From: Monocercomonoides exilis PA203
Lineage: Eukaryota > Protista > Preaxostyla
Direction: 5' to 3'
Assembly (NCBI GenBank): GCA_001643675.2
Contig: LSRY02000004.1
Span: 2,046,001 to 2,110,000, forward strand
DNA length: 64,000 nucleotides
The notes under the pieces were generated by a model. That model was not told the DNA's origin. It was given only the letters and a program-made list of their open reading frames with translations, and searched no databases. The position numbers and the translations under genes were made by a program. Shown piece by piece: positions 1 to 12,792 of the stretch; within the stretch, counting starts at the first letter, position 1; every line of letters starts with the position of its first letter.

Positions 1-44
1 CTAATGCTTCAATGTTTCTCTCGCAATATTCTTTGTTCAGTGGT

Positions 45-1425
45 TTATTTCTTGGCACTTGCTGCTTTCATCGCTTCTAATCGAGCTTTCATGGCTTCCT
101 TGGAAATAACCATAGTACCCGCTTCCTCTTCCTCTTCGTCCTCTTCGTCTTCTTCCTCATCTTCCTCTTCTTCCTCGACCTTCTTTTTGGGAGCTTCTGC
201 TTTTGGCTGTGGTTTTGGTTTTGAGACAACCATTGTTCCATAGTCTCCATCATCGTCTTCATCTTCCTCTTCTTCCTCTTCTTCCTGAACTTTTGATGCT
301 GTTGATTTTGAGGAAGAAGCTGCAGATGCAGCAGCTTCGAGTTTCTTTGCCAAGAGTTCCTTATCTCTTTTTGCTTTTGCCTTGCATTCTGTCACTAATT
401 TCAGCAGCGGCTGAAGCACTTCGCCAGTGGTGTCTTCATATTTAACTATGAACGCATGCTCCATAAGTTCTCTTGCTTCCCATCTTTCGTTTGGATCCTT
501 TTGGAGACAATGAGTTAGAAAGTCATTCAGCTCATCTGACCATTTTTCTGGTTGTCGTAATGTTGGAGGCGGACGAACAGGGATTTGGAATAATGCCCTA
601 TATGCATGAACTTCCGCAAGAGGAGGTCTTCCTTCAGCCATTTCAATAGCTGTTATTCCCAAGGACCAAATATCAGCTTTATGGTTATATTTTTCTTCAC
701 GAATAACTTCGGGCGCCATCCAATATGGTGAACCTATAACTGTATTCCTTTTATCCACTGTACGCTGTAAAGTTGCTGATACGCCAAAGTCTGCGATTTT
801 AATATCGCCATTTGAAGTTATAAGAATATTTCCTGCTTTTAAATCTCGATGAATTTTTTTTGTCGAATGAAGATAATCTAATCCATCAAGAATCCTCCGC
901 AACACATATGAAAGCTGCTCTTCCGTAAGTCCATGTTTTGTTGCTTCATATGTGCTTAAAACAGATCCAGCTTCGCAGATTTCCATTGCGATCTTTTGAA
1001 TGCGTTTATTTTAAATAGAAATAGAGAATTCAATTTCAATAATAATATAAGTCTTTTAAACAAAAATTTTTGCAAACGTAAATGCATGTTTCACTTTCTC
1101 TCCATGTTCCACGATATCCAACAATTGCATCCGAATGACATTGTTCAAGAATAATAATTTCCTTCAGAACATCGGACACTTCATCTTCATCTTCAAATTG
1201 TAATTTTTTGACAGCAACAATTTCACCAGAAGCCTTCATTCTTGCACGATAAACAGACCCGTATGCACTATTTGCAAAATGGTAACGAAAAAAGACAACC
1301 AGTAAATGCGTTTTAAAAATTCAAAATAGATAAATAGCATACCCTTGTCCAAGGCATTCCAGCAGGTCAAATACGTCCTTTGGATTTCCTGGGGAAAAGA
1401 TTTTGCTAATATCTGGTTGAGACAT
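45..1425 (-). CDS. STE20-family (MST1/2/Hippo/Krs1-like) Ser/Thr kinase; 3 exons (1425-1343, 1267-1078, 992-45)
   Basis: Manual splicing at GT..AG joins MSQPDISKIFSPGNPKDVFDLLECLGQG|AYGSVYRARMKASGEIVAVKK...IY|IAMEICEAGS. Kinase motifs HRDLKAGN, DFGVSA, KRNTVIGSPYWMAPE and DIWSLGITAIEMAEGRPP are present, followed by an acidic tail with GTMV motifs. Confidence 0.93.
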
Positions 1426-1829
1426 TTGATCAATATACATTATTCGTCATTTTCCAAAAAAGATATTTATCAAAAAATAACTTTATTCTTTTGTTAACCC
1501 AATGTATGCAACTTTCTATAAAAAAACAAAAATCAATTCATTTGTTTTTTGAAAATATTTTGTTTTTATTTTATTATAGAAAATAAAAACATAACATCAA
1601 AATATTTTTTTATTTGCAAGTTTTGTCCTAAAAATGAACAATGGAAAGTTAATTTTAAAAAAACGATTTATTTTCGTACTTTTTCTTTTTATTTCAAGTT
1701 ATATTTTAATAATATTATTTGGGTTATTATTTTTGAAATCATATTTTTTCGAACAAAAATTTTGTTTCTATGATTTTGCATTGAATTTTTATTCACGAAC
1801 ACAGAAAAGTGAAAACTCCAATAAAAGTG

Positions 1830-2239
1830 TATAGTTGGTGTTAATAATGGTGGACACTTTCAATAACTGTGGACAGTGGAATTATCTCAACAACCGTTGA
1901 TAATTGCTTTTTGACAATTAACCAAATTATTCCCTCATCAAATACAAACTTATAAGACATACAGAAATGAAACAACTTTCTCTGTAGAATTCAGAAAAAA
2001 GCATTTTTTATATTCAGAGAAACTCGGAGAAATAAGATTATTCATGTTTCTCCGAAAATAAAAAATGCTTTTTTCTGAATTCTACAGAGAAAGTTGTTTC
2101 ATTTCTGTATGTCTTATAAGTTTGTATTTGATGAGGGAATAATTTGGTTAATTGTCAAAAAGCAATTATCAACGGTTGTTGAGATAATTCCACTGTCCAC
2201 AGTTATTGAAAGTGTCCACCATTATTAACACCAACTATA
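1830..2239. mobile_element. MITE family A, copy 1: 410-bp palindromic element with perfect 182-bp terminal inverted repeats
   Basis: 1830-2011 is the exact reverse complement of 2058-2239 (tatagttggtgttaataatggtggacac...gtgtccaccattattaacaccaactata). TATA lies at both ends. A related copy is at 22656-23065. No coding capacity. Confidence 0.9.
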
Positions 2240-2244
2240 TATTA

Positions 2245-3164
2245 TAAACATGTGTCACTTTGTGACTATTGACAGACAAAACTGGTTTCCTGACGGACCG
2301 AGTAATAATGTTCACGTCAAAACCTCAATTATTAGAACAAATAATTACATATGAAAATATTGATAAATATTTATACAAATAAGGGAAGAATGAAAATGCT
2401 TTTCTCAATAAATGATATTGACAAATAATCATATTTGAAATGAATTGATCATCGGACTGTCAGTGAAGTCACTGAAGTCAGTGACTGTTAATGGAGTCAA
2501 TATTCTACAGTGAAGAAATTTTTAATTAATTTTTGAAAAAAAGAAAAGTTCGAGAAATAGAATAAAATGTATATACAGTCTAAACCGGATAAAATCACAT
2601 CGGTTTTTGCACAACTTTTTGTGACTATATCCGATTGTGATTATACACGATGATGCTTTACACAGAAAAAAATAAAAATTAATTAATTAATTAATTAATT
2701 TTGGGTTGATTTTTTAATTTTTGAAAATTCTTCTTAAAAACGCATTTTTCACTTGCTTGAACAATTTTGATCATAAATACACATTATTTTGACTTATTTG
2801 AGCACATTTTTGAAAAATCAAAAAATAGAAATTTTTGATCAAAAAATCGATTTTTCATTGAAAAAATCACCCATTAAAATAAAAATTGTGATTATATATT
2901 TTCATCACTGTGATTATATGCGATGAAAAATGAATGAAAAACAAGCAAAAAATGTCGGTGTATGGAAAAATGTGACTATAGGCGAATGTGATTATATTCG
3001 ACGTGATTATATCCGGTCTAGACTGTATAAATATAATTTGATATATATTTCGAAAATTCCAAAAATCAGAAAAAATTACACTTTTTTTCAAATACCAATA
3101 CTGACGTGGATTTTAAATTACTGACGGACGTGGCAAAAAATTTTTAATCTGTTACACATGTTTA
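2245..3164. mobile_element. Putative degenerate TIR element B, interrupted by MITE C
   Basis: taaacatgtgtcac (2245-2258) and gttacacatgttta (3151-3164) are inverted at 13/14 positions. There is subterminal inverted similarity (agtaataatgttcacgtca at ~2301 vs tgacgtggattttaaattact at ~3102), and ctgacggac occurs near both ends. Confidence 0.5.
2576..3025. mobile_element. MITE C: 450-bp Tc1/mariner/pogo-type non-autonomous element with TA target duplication
   Basis: TA|CAGTCTAAACCGGATAAAATCAC...GTGATTATATCCGGTCTAGACTG|TA gives a 23-bp TIR with 2 mismatches and CAGT termini. Several internal GTGAYTATA subterminal repeats are present. Confidence 0.8.
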
Positions 3165-4099
3165 GTATATTATCACAAATTTTTTCAATATTAGGCTTTT
3201 AAAACGATTGATAGACATTCAATATTTTATTGTTAATAATTTGTCAAATGACATTGAATTTTCATAATTGTCAACATCCCGAAAAAAGTTAAGATAACAA
3301 AAATAATCACCCAAATAATGAAATTTCATGAGAATGAGGTGAATAGTTACAAAAACGTTCTGAAAAATGTGTGTTTATTTTTGAAATCATATTTATTCTT
3401 TCAAAAATTTCGATTCAAAAATTTCTTTTGAATGGCAACAAATGAACACTGAAAAGTGAACAGGCATATTCAAGATTTCTTAATTTTTATTTCAGATAAT
3501 GCATTTGCTTTTAAAACAGTTGTGATAATTCAAGCTTTTGAATACAAAATCTCTTCCCAAAGGCAAACAATCTTTGAAAAATCAATTCACCGAAAAAAGT
3601 TATGATTTCAAAAATAATGACACAAATAGTTATTCGAAAATTTAACATTTGCAACTTCTCAAGTTGAAACACACAATCTTAAAGAATTTTTTTTTTCAAT
3701 TATAAAAAAAGAAAAAATTTTTTCTGCCAAAAAATTCTTTGAAATTTGTGAATATTCATTCACAAAATAATAATTGGAACAAAAGCAAATATTTGATAAT
3801 ATGTTTTATCAAAACAAAGTTTTTCATGAAATTATCTTTGCACACAATAAAAAGAAATACAATTAAAAAATTCACTTCACCTTTTATTAGCAACGATAGC
3901 GTAATTGAGTTGTAATCAAAAAATATAAAATTAAAAGTCAAAACGTTCAATTTGAATTTTAACAAATGTTGGTTATCACATAAAACACAAATTTAAAAAA
4001 TTCACATGATAAATATTAATATGGAATTTTTAATTTTGCAAAGTTTATACACATTTGTCAGGAAAGCTAAATTAACGAAGTTTTTGAATTTTTGAATTG

Positions 4100-7000
4100 T
4101 CAACTAAGTAAACTAAGTTCATGCTCAATCTCAGACAGACGCTTCAAGACAGCTGAAGTTGAGGGATCAACAACAGGACCTAAATTTATCATTTCTGCAG
4201 ACAGTGATGTTGCCTACAGTTTGAAAAAATTTCAATGATATTTAATAAATAAATAAATAAATTAATAAAAAATTTTCATTCAATAAATTATAAAGTTGTT
4301 ATGCTTTCATACCAAATCAGCAAGTTCATCTCCAACGGATGATAAAGGATTCACCATGCATATTCTTGCTGGTGGATGTGCAGCTTGAAGAAGCGAAAGA
4401 TATCCATTAACCCCTTCCAATGATAACTTCAAAATATTCTGTTTTTTGATAAAATAACAATTTTTGTTTTTAAATAACATTATAATAGAAATATATGTGA
4501 AAAAATAAATCATAGGAAAGTGAAAAACATAAATTGCATAAAAAACACAAGAATCACAAACTACGCTTGGCTGCTCTTCTTCTTCTTCCGCTGCATTTTT
4601 GTCTAATTGACACAAATTTATGTTAAAATCAATTTGTCCATTTGAATTATAAATGTTTTGAAAAATTTTCATTGTAAAATGAATAACAACAAAAATAATA
4701 AAAATTGAAACCTTTCTTCCCTTTCCCTTTTGCTTTCCCTTTTGTCTCTTCTTTTTTCTCTTCCTTTGGTTGCTTAGCTTCTTTCGCCTCCTTAGCTGCT
4801 TTTGCACCTTTCTTAGTTTTCCCCTTTGTCTTTTCTCCTTCCTTCTCTTCTTCTGCATTCGCATTCTCCTCTTCCAATGCTGCAGCTGCAGCCGCAGCAG
4901 CCTCTTCCTCTTTCCTTCTGAGCTCCTCCTCTTCAGCCCTCAGCCTCTCCAACAATTCCTCCTCCTCCTTATGCTGCTGCTCTGAAAGCGCACTCCACAG
5001 CTGCCTCAGCTGCTCCATTCGCATCTTCTCCTGCTGCGAAAAGCGGGCTGTCTGCGCAAACAGCGTCGAAAGGGTGGGAAATGTACCAAGGAGCACATCC
5101 ACACGGCTGGGCTCGATGCAGAAGCGGTGCTGCGCCTGCGGAAGAGACGAGAAAGCAGACAAGTCAGAAGTCGAGGACTCGGCTGAATTGATTCCTTGGG
5201 CTGGTGTCTGTGTGATAGCTGAATCGAGCAGCTGTTCGGAGGCTGTGGACTGAACATCGCTGATATCAGAGGAAGAGGAAGAGGCAGAAAGCGAGGAAAG
5301 TGGAGACGGTGGATCAAAAGAGGAAGTTGGAAGCTTCGCAATTTCATCAAAATAGCACTCAAGAGACACAGTTGAGGAAGTGTTATGAGAACAGACAGAT
5401 GCAGAAGAAGTTGAGGGGTCAGAAAGAGGGCATTCTCTCTGAGGAAGAGACATCAACGACAAAGGCACGCAATCATCTGGACTTTGCTCTGTCGACACTT
5501 GAGAAGGAAGAGTGGTGGCAGTCGAGTTCAAGGAAGATGAAGCCAAAGAGGGCAGAGGAGAAAGTGAAGACAAAGTTGGAATGGTGAGGCTGTTGAGTGA
5601 AGTGAGTGCCTGGCGCCAGAATGTGCCAGCAGCTGCCATAGATGCACCGGACAGCTGCTGGGGCACAGGAAGACAGTTAGCCAGCGACTCGACAGAAGTC
5701 ATCACAGTCGAAAGGGCAGACGGTGCAGAAGAAGAAGAAGAAGAAGAAGTTGAAAGGAAATCGCCACTTTTATCAGCAGCAAAGCGAGTTGTGCGAGCAA
5801 GTTCGAGTGGGTCTCCATTGCGCTTGGCAACCCAGCCAGACAAGACAGAAAACCCGTCTTCTTTCTGCACAAAGGAGTCGACAAAGGAAGGATTGAATGA
5901 CAAGTGCAGGCGGAGATTGAGCGTGGGGTGAGAGAAGGTTGTTCGAAGTGGTGGAAGTTGTGAATGAGAAGAAGAACATGATGATGATGATGATTGTGAT
6001 AGTAATTTGTTTGAGACAGAAGAAACAAAAGAAGGAATTGCCTTTTCGGCTGACAGGGCAATTGCTTCGAACACTTCTTCAAAGGAAGCAAAAGAAGAGA
6101 GGGGCATGCATTGAAGGAGAGACGATGCAGCAGAAGTGGGCAAAGCCAAGTTCTGCTTGAGTGCGAGGAATATATTTGAGAAAAGAGAAATCTGATCAGA
6201 AATTGGCGGAGGCTTATAGCTGACCATCGAATACTCCATCACTGGCTGTGCAGCTTCGTCCTTCTCGTCTTCTGCCATTCCGCTCTGAGTCTCACTTTTG
6301 TCTCCTTTCTCTCCTTTCGCCCCGTTGCGCGACGCAGGCCTCTTCTTCTGTGTCGGAGAAGCGGCTCTGCCTTTCTCGTCTTTCTTTCCTTTCTTCTTCG
6401 CCTCGCCAGCGCGGGAAGCAGACGACGGCGGACGCGATTTCGCACCTTCGCTGCCTGCTCCGAGCTTCTGCGACTTTTCCAGGTCTCTTGCCTCTTCTTC
6501 CCCTTCTGCCTTTGGGATCAGAGGCGGGTATTCTTTCGCTTCGACTCCCAACATGTTTCCAAAGGACATGCGAATCATTTCTAGCCCTTGCTTGATTTCT
6601 GCGTCTGAAGCGAATGATGCAGCAGAAACTCCTTTCTCTTTGTCTTTTTTCTCTTTTTTTGACTCTTTGGTGCCTTCTGGTAAATTCAACTGATCTCCTT
6701 GCTCTGCAACAAAGAAAGCAAGAGAAGGTGCAGGAAGCGAAGGTATTGTATTGAAAGAACGGCAAAGATGCACGAAAAGAGGGATCCTCAGACGAGCAGC
6801 TCCAGCCTTTGCAACCGCAAGCGAAGTTATGAACAATGAAAGAGGATGCAGCTCCCAGCCTGTTGTACCGCTGACCTTGTTAAGTCCTCCCATATCCTCC
6901 AATACTTTATCAATTGCCAAGAGATTAGTCACTGGCATCCCAACTATACGAGGTCCAATAACACTTGAAATTTCTGCTATAATACGTGAAGTCTTCGCTA

Positions 7001-7547
7001 CCTTAGTTTTTTGCTCAATGTGAATGTCATCTGTTGAAGCACTTGATTCAAATGCTATTGATTGTTCCATTTGAATTTCTTCACCATCTTTTTCAACTTC
7101 TTTTTCGTTGTCTTTTCCTTTAACCTTGCCTTTTCCCTTCTTTTTTTTACGATCTGGAGAAGCAGCACGAGAAGATGGTCTGGTCGGAGTTGCTGAACGT
7201 GTTGTCATAACCGTTGATAAATTCGTGGAAACTGTTTCTCTAAAAGTATCTTGAGAAAGCGGTGCAATAACAGTTGCAAGAACTTCTGTTTCGCTTTCTC
7301 CTGCTAATGATGGTACAAACACTCGAACACAAGCCTGTATTTCACCTGTTTTACCTATTATTTCAGAAGCATCGATAAAGGAAATTTTTGATTCAGTTTT
7401 CGAAGCAAAAAATTTTGTGATTATTCTAGTTGGATCTTTTGAACGAGTTCTGAGAAGTTCATCCAATATTTCTTGGAATAGCGGTTGTATGCAATGTTCA
7501 TTGCAATATCTTTCTGTATCTTCAATGTGATGAAAGTCATCAATCAT
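4100..7547 (-). CDS. Enolase-like protein (ENO4-like, probable pseudoenzyme) with N-terminal RIIa/Dpy-30-like docking domain; 4 exons (7547-4712, ~4602-4562, ~4438-4313, ~4213-4100)
   Basis: The N-terminal helix pair YCNEHCIQPLFQEILDELLRTRSKDP is RIIa/DD-like. Enolase N-domain signatures are ISFIDASEII, VIGPRIVGMPVTNLLAIDKVL and SLAVAKAGAARLRIPLFVHL. The spliced C-terminus DELADL|ATSLSAEMINLG...KRLSEIEHEL parallels enolase IADLAVG...QIKTG...NQLLRIEEEL. Confidence 0.75.
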
Positions 7548-7873
7548 TTTACAAAATTTGTCTGTACAAAACCAAGAAAAGTAGCAAACATGAAAATATC
7601 ACTCAAACAAACCTAACTATCTATCGAAATCTTCAAAAGAACAGTTAAAATTACCCATCATTATTTTTTACAAAATGATGAAACTTTTTGGCAAAAAAAT
7701 TAAATATAAACAACCATTTTCCACAACAACATTTGCAGATAGAATTTGCAGTAAAAACACCAAATCTCCCATTTATTGAAAAAATGGAGTGTAAATGATA
7801 ATCCCCCATTGACATTTTTGATCGTAACATTTTTATTTGTTGTTTGAACACTTAAACTTCACTTATTTGAAGA

Positions 7874-9928
7874 ATGTGTGCTGCTACAACAGCTGTCGGA
7901 ATTGATCTTGGAACAACATATTCGTGCGTTGGTGTATGGAGAAACGAAACTGTTGAGATCATCCCAAATGATCAAGGTAATAGAACAACTCCATCATGGG
8001 TTGCTTTTACTCCAACGGAGCGTTTGATTGGTGATGCTGCAAAGAATCAAGGAAACATGAACCCGGAAAACTCTCTCTTTGACAGCAAAAGAATGATCGG
8101 ACGTCGTTTTACTGATAGTGAAATTCAGAACGATATCAAACATTGGCCATTCAAAGTTACAGAGAAAGACGGAAAGCCAATGTATCAGGTCAAGTACAAA
8201 GGTGAAACAAAAGAATTTTCACCAGAAGAAATTAGCTCCATGGTGTTGTCAAAGATGAAGGAAATTTCTGAAGCTTATCTTGGACACAAAGTCACAGAAG
8301 CTGTTGTGACTTGCCCAGCTTATTTCAACGATAGCCAACGTCAGGCCACCAAGGATGCTGGAACAATTGCTGGAATGAATGTACTCAGAATCATCAACGA
8401 ACCAACAGCATCTGCAATTGCATATGGTCTTGACAAGAAGAAAGACACTGAATTGAATGTTCTCATTTTCGATTACGGAGGTGGGACCCTTGATGTCTCA
8501 ATTTTGTGCTTGGATTCTGGTGTCTTTGAAGTGAAAGCCACAGCTGGAGATATTCATTGCGGTGGTGAAGATCTTGATAACATCTTGACCCACTACATGG
8601 CTGATGAATTCAAGAGAAAGTATAAAAAGGATCTGATGGGAAATTCCCGTTCAGTTGGTCGTTTGAGAACTGCTTGCGAACGTGCAAAGAGAGCACTTTC
8701 AACTTCAACACAAGCAACAATTGAAATCGATTCTCTCTTTGAAGGACTTGATTTCAACGCCGTGATTACTCGTGCAAAATTCGAACAATTGTGCGAATCA
8801 CAATTCAGAAAGTGCTTGGAACCATTGGATCGTGCTATGCTTGATTCAAAATTGGACAAATCCAAAATCAATGAAATCGTTTTGGTTGGAGGTTCAACAC
8901 GTGTTCCCCGCATCCAACAATTGATTCGTGACAGATTTGGAGGAAAAGAATTGTGCAAATCCATCAACCCTGATGAAGCCGTTGCTTATGGTGCTGCTGT
9001 TCAAGCTGCAATTTTGAAAGGAACCATTGGATCAAAAGGAGACGATCTTTTGTTGATTGATGTTGCACCATTGTCACTTGGACTTGAAACCGCAGGTGGT
9101 GTAATGACTGTTTTGATCAAGAGAAACTCACCAATTCCGTGCGGGAAATCAGAGGATTTCACAACATACAGCGATAATCAAACAGCTGTTGAAATTAAAG
9201 TTTATGAAGGAGAAAGACAACTGACAAGACAAAACAATCTTTTGGGTACATTCAGACTTGAAGGAATTGCACCTGCACCAAGAGGTGTACCAAAGATTGA
9301 AGTCAAATTTGATGTTGATGCAAATGGTATTCTTCAAGTGTCTGCTGAAGATAAGAGATCAGGAAAGAAGGAAAAGATTACCATCACTAACGATAAAGGA
9401 AGACTGAGTCAATCAGAAGTTGACAGAATGGTTGCTGATGCAGAGAAATTCAAAGCTGAAGATGAGAAAGTTAAAGAGACAATTGAAGCAAGAAACGGAC
9501 TTGAAGGACTTGCATTCTCACTTAGAAATACTCTCAAAGAAGGAAAATTACAGATAGATGAAAACGATAAGAAAACACTCGAAACCAAAGTTAACGAAAC
9601 CATTGAATGGTTGGAATCAATTCGTGGAAGCACTGATTTGCCAAAAGAAGAATATGAGAAGAAGCAGAAAGAATTGGAAGATGTGTCTCAACCAATTATG
9701 ATGAAAGCATATCAAGCTGGAGGTGCTGGTGGAGCTGGTGCAGCAGGAGGAATGCCGGGCATGCCAATGGGAGGTATGCCAGGAATGGGAGGAATGCCCG
9801 GAATGCCAATGGGAGGAATGGGTGGAATGCCAGGAATGGGAGGAATGCCAACAGGTGGTGCTCCAAGCAGCGGAAGCAGCTCTAACTCTGCTCCTTCTTC
9901 TGGTCCAAAGATCGAAGAAGTTGATTAA
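7874..9928 (+). CDS. HSP70: Cytosolic HSP70, intronless
   Basis: Motifs [43 protein letters not shown] and [10 protein letters not shown]; GGMP repeats; C-terminal EEVD. Confidence 0.98.
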   Translation: MCAATTAVGIDLGTTYSCVGVWRNETVEIIPNDQGNRTTPSWVAFTPTERLIGDAAKNQGNMNPENSLFDSKRMIGRRFTDSEIQNDIKHWPFKVTEKDGKPMYQVKYKGETKEFSPEEISSMVLSKMKEISEAYLGHKVTEAVVTCPAYFNDSQRQATKDAGTIAGMNVLRIINEPTASAIAYGLDKKKDTELNVLIFDYGGGTLDVSILCLDSGVFEVKATAGDIHCGGEDLDNILTHYMADEFKRKYKKDLMGNSRSVGRLRTACERAKRALSTSTQATIEIDSLFEGLDFNAVITRAKFEQLCESQFRKCLEPLDRAMLDSKLDKSKINEIVLVGGSTRVPRIQQLIRDRFGGKELCKSINPDEAVAYGAAVQAAILKGTIGSKGDDLLLIDVAPLSLGLETAGGVMTVLIKRNSPIPCGKSEDFTTYSDNQTAVEIKVYEGERQLTRQNNLLGTFRLEGIAPAPRGVPKIEVKFDVDANGILQVSAEDKRSGKKEKITITNDKGRLSQSEVDRMVADAEKFKAEDEKVKETIEARNGLEGLAFSLRNTLKEGKLQIDENDKKTLETKVNETIEWLESIRGSTDLPKEEYEKKQKELEDVSQPIMMKAYQAGGAGGAGAAGGMPGMPMGGMPGMGGMPGMPMGGMGGMPGMGGMPTGGAPSSGSSSNSAPSSGPKIEEVD

Positions 9929-10369
9929 ATGTGAAATGTCACTTCTCCATTACACACAAGAACAAAATTTGTGAAGGGTGTTCATTTATTTGAAGTTTAT
10001 TTACCATTTCATTATGTTTTATTTTATTTTTGTTTTTCATGCTCATAACCATTCATTTCGAGAACATGAAAGAACATTTTGAAATTATGTTTTTTATTTT
10101 GAAATTAAAATTTCCACAAAATTTTAAAATTGATATTAATCAAAAGCATCATTATTGAAAATTTTCAATTTCTATTTGGTTATTAATTGAATTTCCAATG
10201 AAGTGGAAAATATTTATATTTCAATTATTTTGTGTATTTGAAAAAAACCCTAACCTAGGTTGTGAAAAAAGAAAATAACAAAATTTGTTTATATTTTAGA
10301 AACCTTTATGTTAATCACTTTGAAAAGGATTGAAGAAACGAAAAAATATGTTTGTGAAAGAAAATAACC

Positions 10370-11560
10370 ATATGAAGAAAGAAGAGTATATTTGATGTTT
10401 ATTATCATTCACTTGGGTTACAAATAAGATGAGTTGCGAAACTATGAGTGAAGAAAATTGGTGTTATTCATGAGTTTTAAATGCTATGATGATGTTATTC
10501 TTGAAACTTTATGAACATGAACGAGAAAATGAGTATTTTGGAGAAATAACCCATCGAAGATTAGAATATAGTTTTAAGGTTGACAGCTCATTTGAATAAT
10601 TAGAAATTGTTCATGATTCATATGGAATTGAACTCTTTGGAGAAAGAAATTGAGGTTCGTGATACAAAAGAGAAAGCAAAAGAAAATATGTACAATGCAT
10701 TTCCACTTTTGTGGAAGCAAAAAAATTTGGATTGAAAATGCAAATGGAGATTTCGAACGGATGGAACAAAAAATTTCAGATGCTGCTTTTGATGGAAATG
10801 CACAAAGGCTTTTCAAAGCAATCAATTATTATTTCGGATTCTTTATTTCCTTTTCTATCAATTCATTCGTAATTCTTCAAAGATATCTGAGGTTAAAACT
10901 TATGAAAAGAAAGAATACAAATAAATTCAATAAGCTATCTGAACTGAACGCGAGAAAAGAAAAAAAGTCGCAAAAATGGATGGTAATATTAAAACGATTC
11001 AAGCAAACACTATTGATGATGTGCTTTCAAAAAGGTCAAAGTATCAGCGTGTTGAGTATTGCTTCGCTTTTGTCAATCATCGAAAACACATCCTCTTGCA
11101 CATTTAGCAAAAACACGCTGCAAGCATTCAGTCTTGGTGAATACATTAATTCCATATAAGAAATAAAAGAAATTCTCGATTCAAATATTATTATAGAATC
11201 CTCTCCTGGAAAATAAAAATTGATGCGAATGGATGGACAAGGGTGGAAGATGAGTGAATGCAAAATTCTCTATGAATGTACTTATGATTCAAATGGCCGT
11301 TCTCGTTTTGAAAAAACATACAAGAAGTATTTCTTGAGGAAAGACGATTTTTCATGAGGAAGGACTTGAAAAAGAATGATGCGACTTTTGTGAGATGTAT
11401 TTTATGAGTTAGAGAAAGAAAATGAATCGATAACACAAACAAACATGATTGCACCGTTGCAAGATGGAAAGTCAAATGAAATAAAGATATTTACATGAAG
11501 ATTTGCATGCCAAAACGGATATTGAAGCAGAAAATACGTTGCTTGAAGTTTGCTTCAAGA
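10370..11560 (+). pseudogene. Degraded coding-like remnant of unknown family
   Basis: Purine-rich, codon-like (GAA/AAA-rich) sequence broken by many stops and frameshifts; no intact ORF. Confidence 0.3.
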
Positions 11561-12792
11561 AATCTACTATCCACAAAGAAAGAATGTGAATCATTTTTCA
11601 AATGTGATTAGAGGTATTGTTTCAGAACTTGCTCACATTTCCATAAGTATTTGGTTCCAACATTGTTGTTCATCGAACTTCTCCTTTCTCTTCCAATACT
11701 TTCTTCCTTTTTGCTACTGTGCAAGCCTCACAATGATTGTAATTATTGTGAAATTACAAGTTACCAGTGAAACAACTGAAATGCACTTTAAATGAACAAG
11801 AGGCACTTCAGAGATGGCTTTGGTTAAAATGAAATGAAAAATATTTTATTTTTCGTGCTTTCAAATTTTGGAGTCAGAATGATGATTAAACACTTCAATT
11901 AATTGAAATTCTTCTTTAAAAAAGAATCTTCTTCCATTTTCCTTTCAATTAGCAACCATCTTCGATTCCTCTGCTTCATGAAAATTTGTGAGTGATGTAT
12001 TCTTCATGAAACATTTCAAAGTGTCCATCTCCAATTGATCTGTTCAACAGAACAGTAGCCACTGCTGTCAGAGAAGAATTTCCTCTTTCATTTGCGAAAC
12101 AACATTCTTAATAACAATTGAACAAGCTTTATTAAAAGACACAGATCTCAAGATTGTGTGAATTTTTTTGATGGGACTTTATTTTTATTGGCACTTTTTT
12201 GTTTTTGCATGCCATTTGCTTTCAGTCATTACGTGCTTTTCAGCTATCCGCAAGCATAAACAAAGGATCCAAAAAAAAAAAAAATCTCATCGAAAAATTC
12301 ACTCAATAAATAAAAAAATTTCTAAATATCATTGAATAAGCAAAAATAAAAATATTCAAGTATTTTTAAATTGAAAAATTGAAATAGAAAAAACAATGAT
12401 TTGAATTGAAAATAATGTATGACTTTCTCAATTCAGTTCTATAATTAATAATTTGGAAATGGATTGATGCAATATTTATCTATTAACAATTGAAAAAATA
12501 ATCAGAGTTCAATTTTCTAAAGTATTTGGAACATTTAACTTGTTTTTCAAAAGTTAGAGTTTGCAAATCACCACATAATTTGAACTTTTAATTCTCTTCT
12601 TTTTACGAAAAATGAATGTTTAATGCTCAAAACAAAAATTTGAAGACAAATTTGCACAAATCAGAAAAAAGAAAAGAAAATATTTTCTTCATTTATTGAA
12701 AGATATGTTTTGTTCAAAAAAATGAGCATTCATTCAGCTCGAAAAATACAATCCAAATTTAAAATTCTTTGGAGGTTTTTTTGATATATTAA

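Noticed and set aside
2600-3012. CRISPR-like spaced repeats (GTGAYTATA)
   Set aside because: The repeats are only 9 bp, irregularly spaced and inside a TIR element, in a eukaryotic context with no cas genes.
7548-7873. Heat-shock element upstream of HSP70
   Set aside because: No array of correctly spaced nGAAnnTTCn units was found; gaaatcttc at ~7626 has the wrong spacing.
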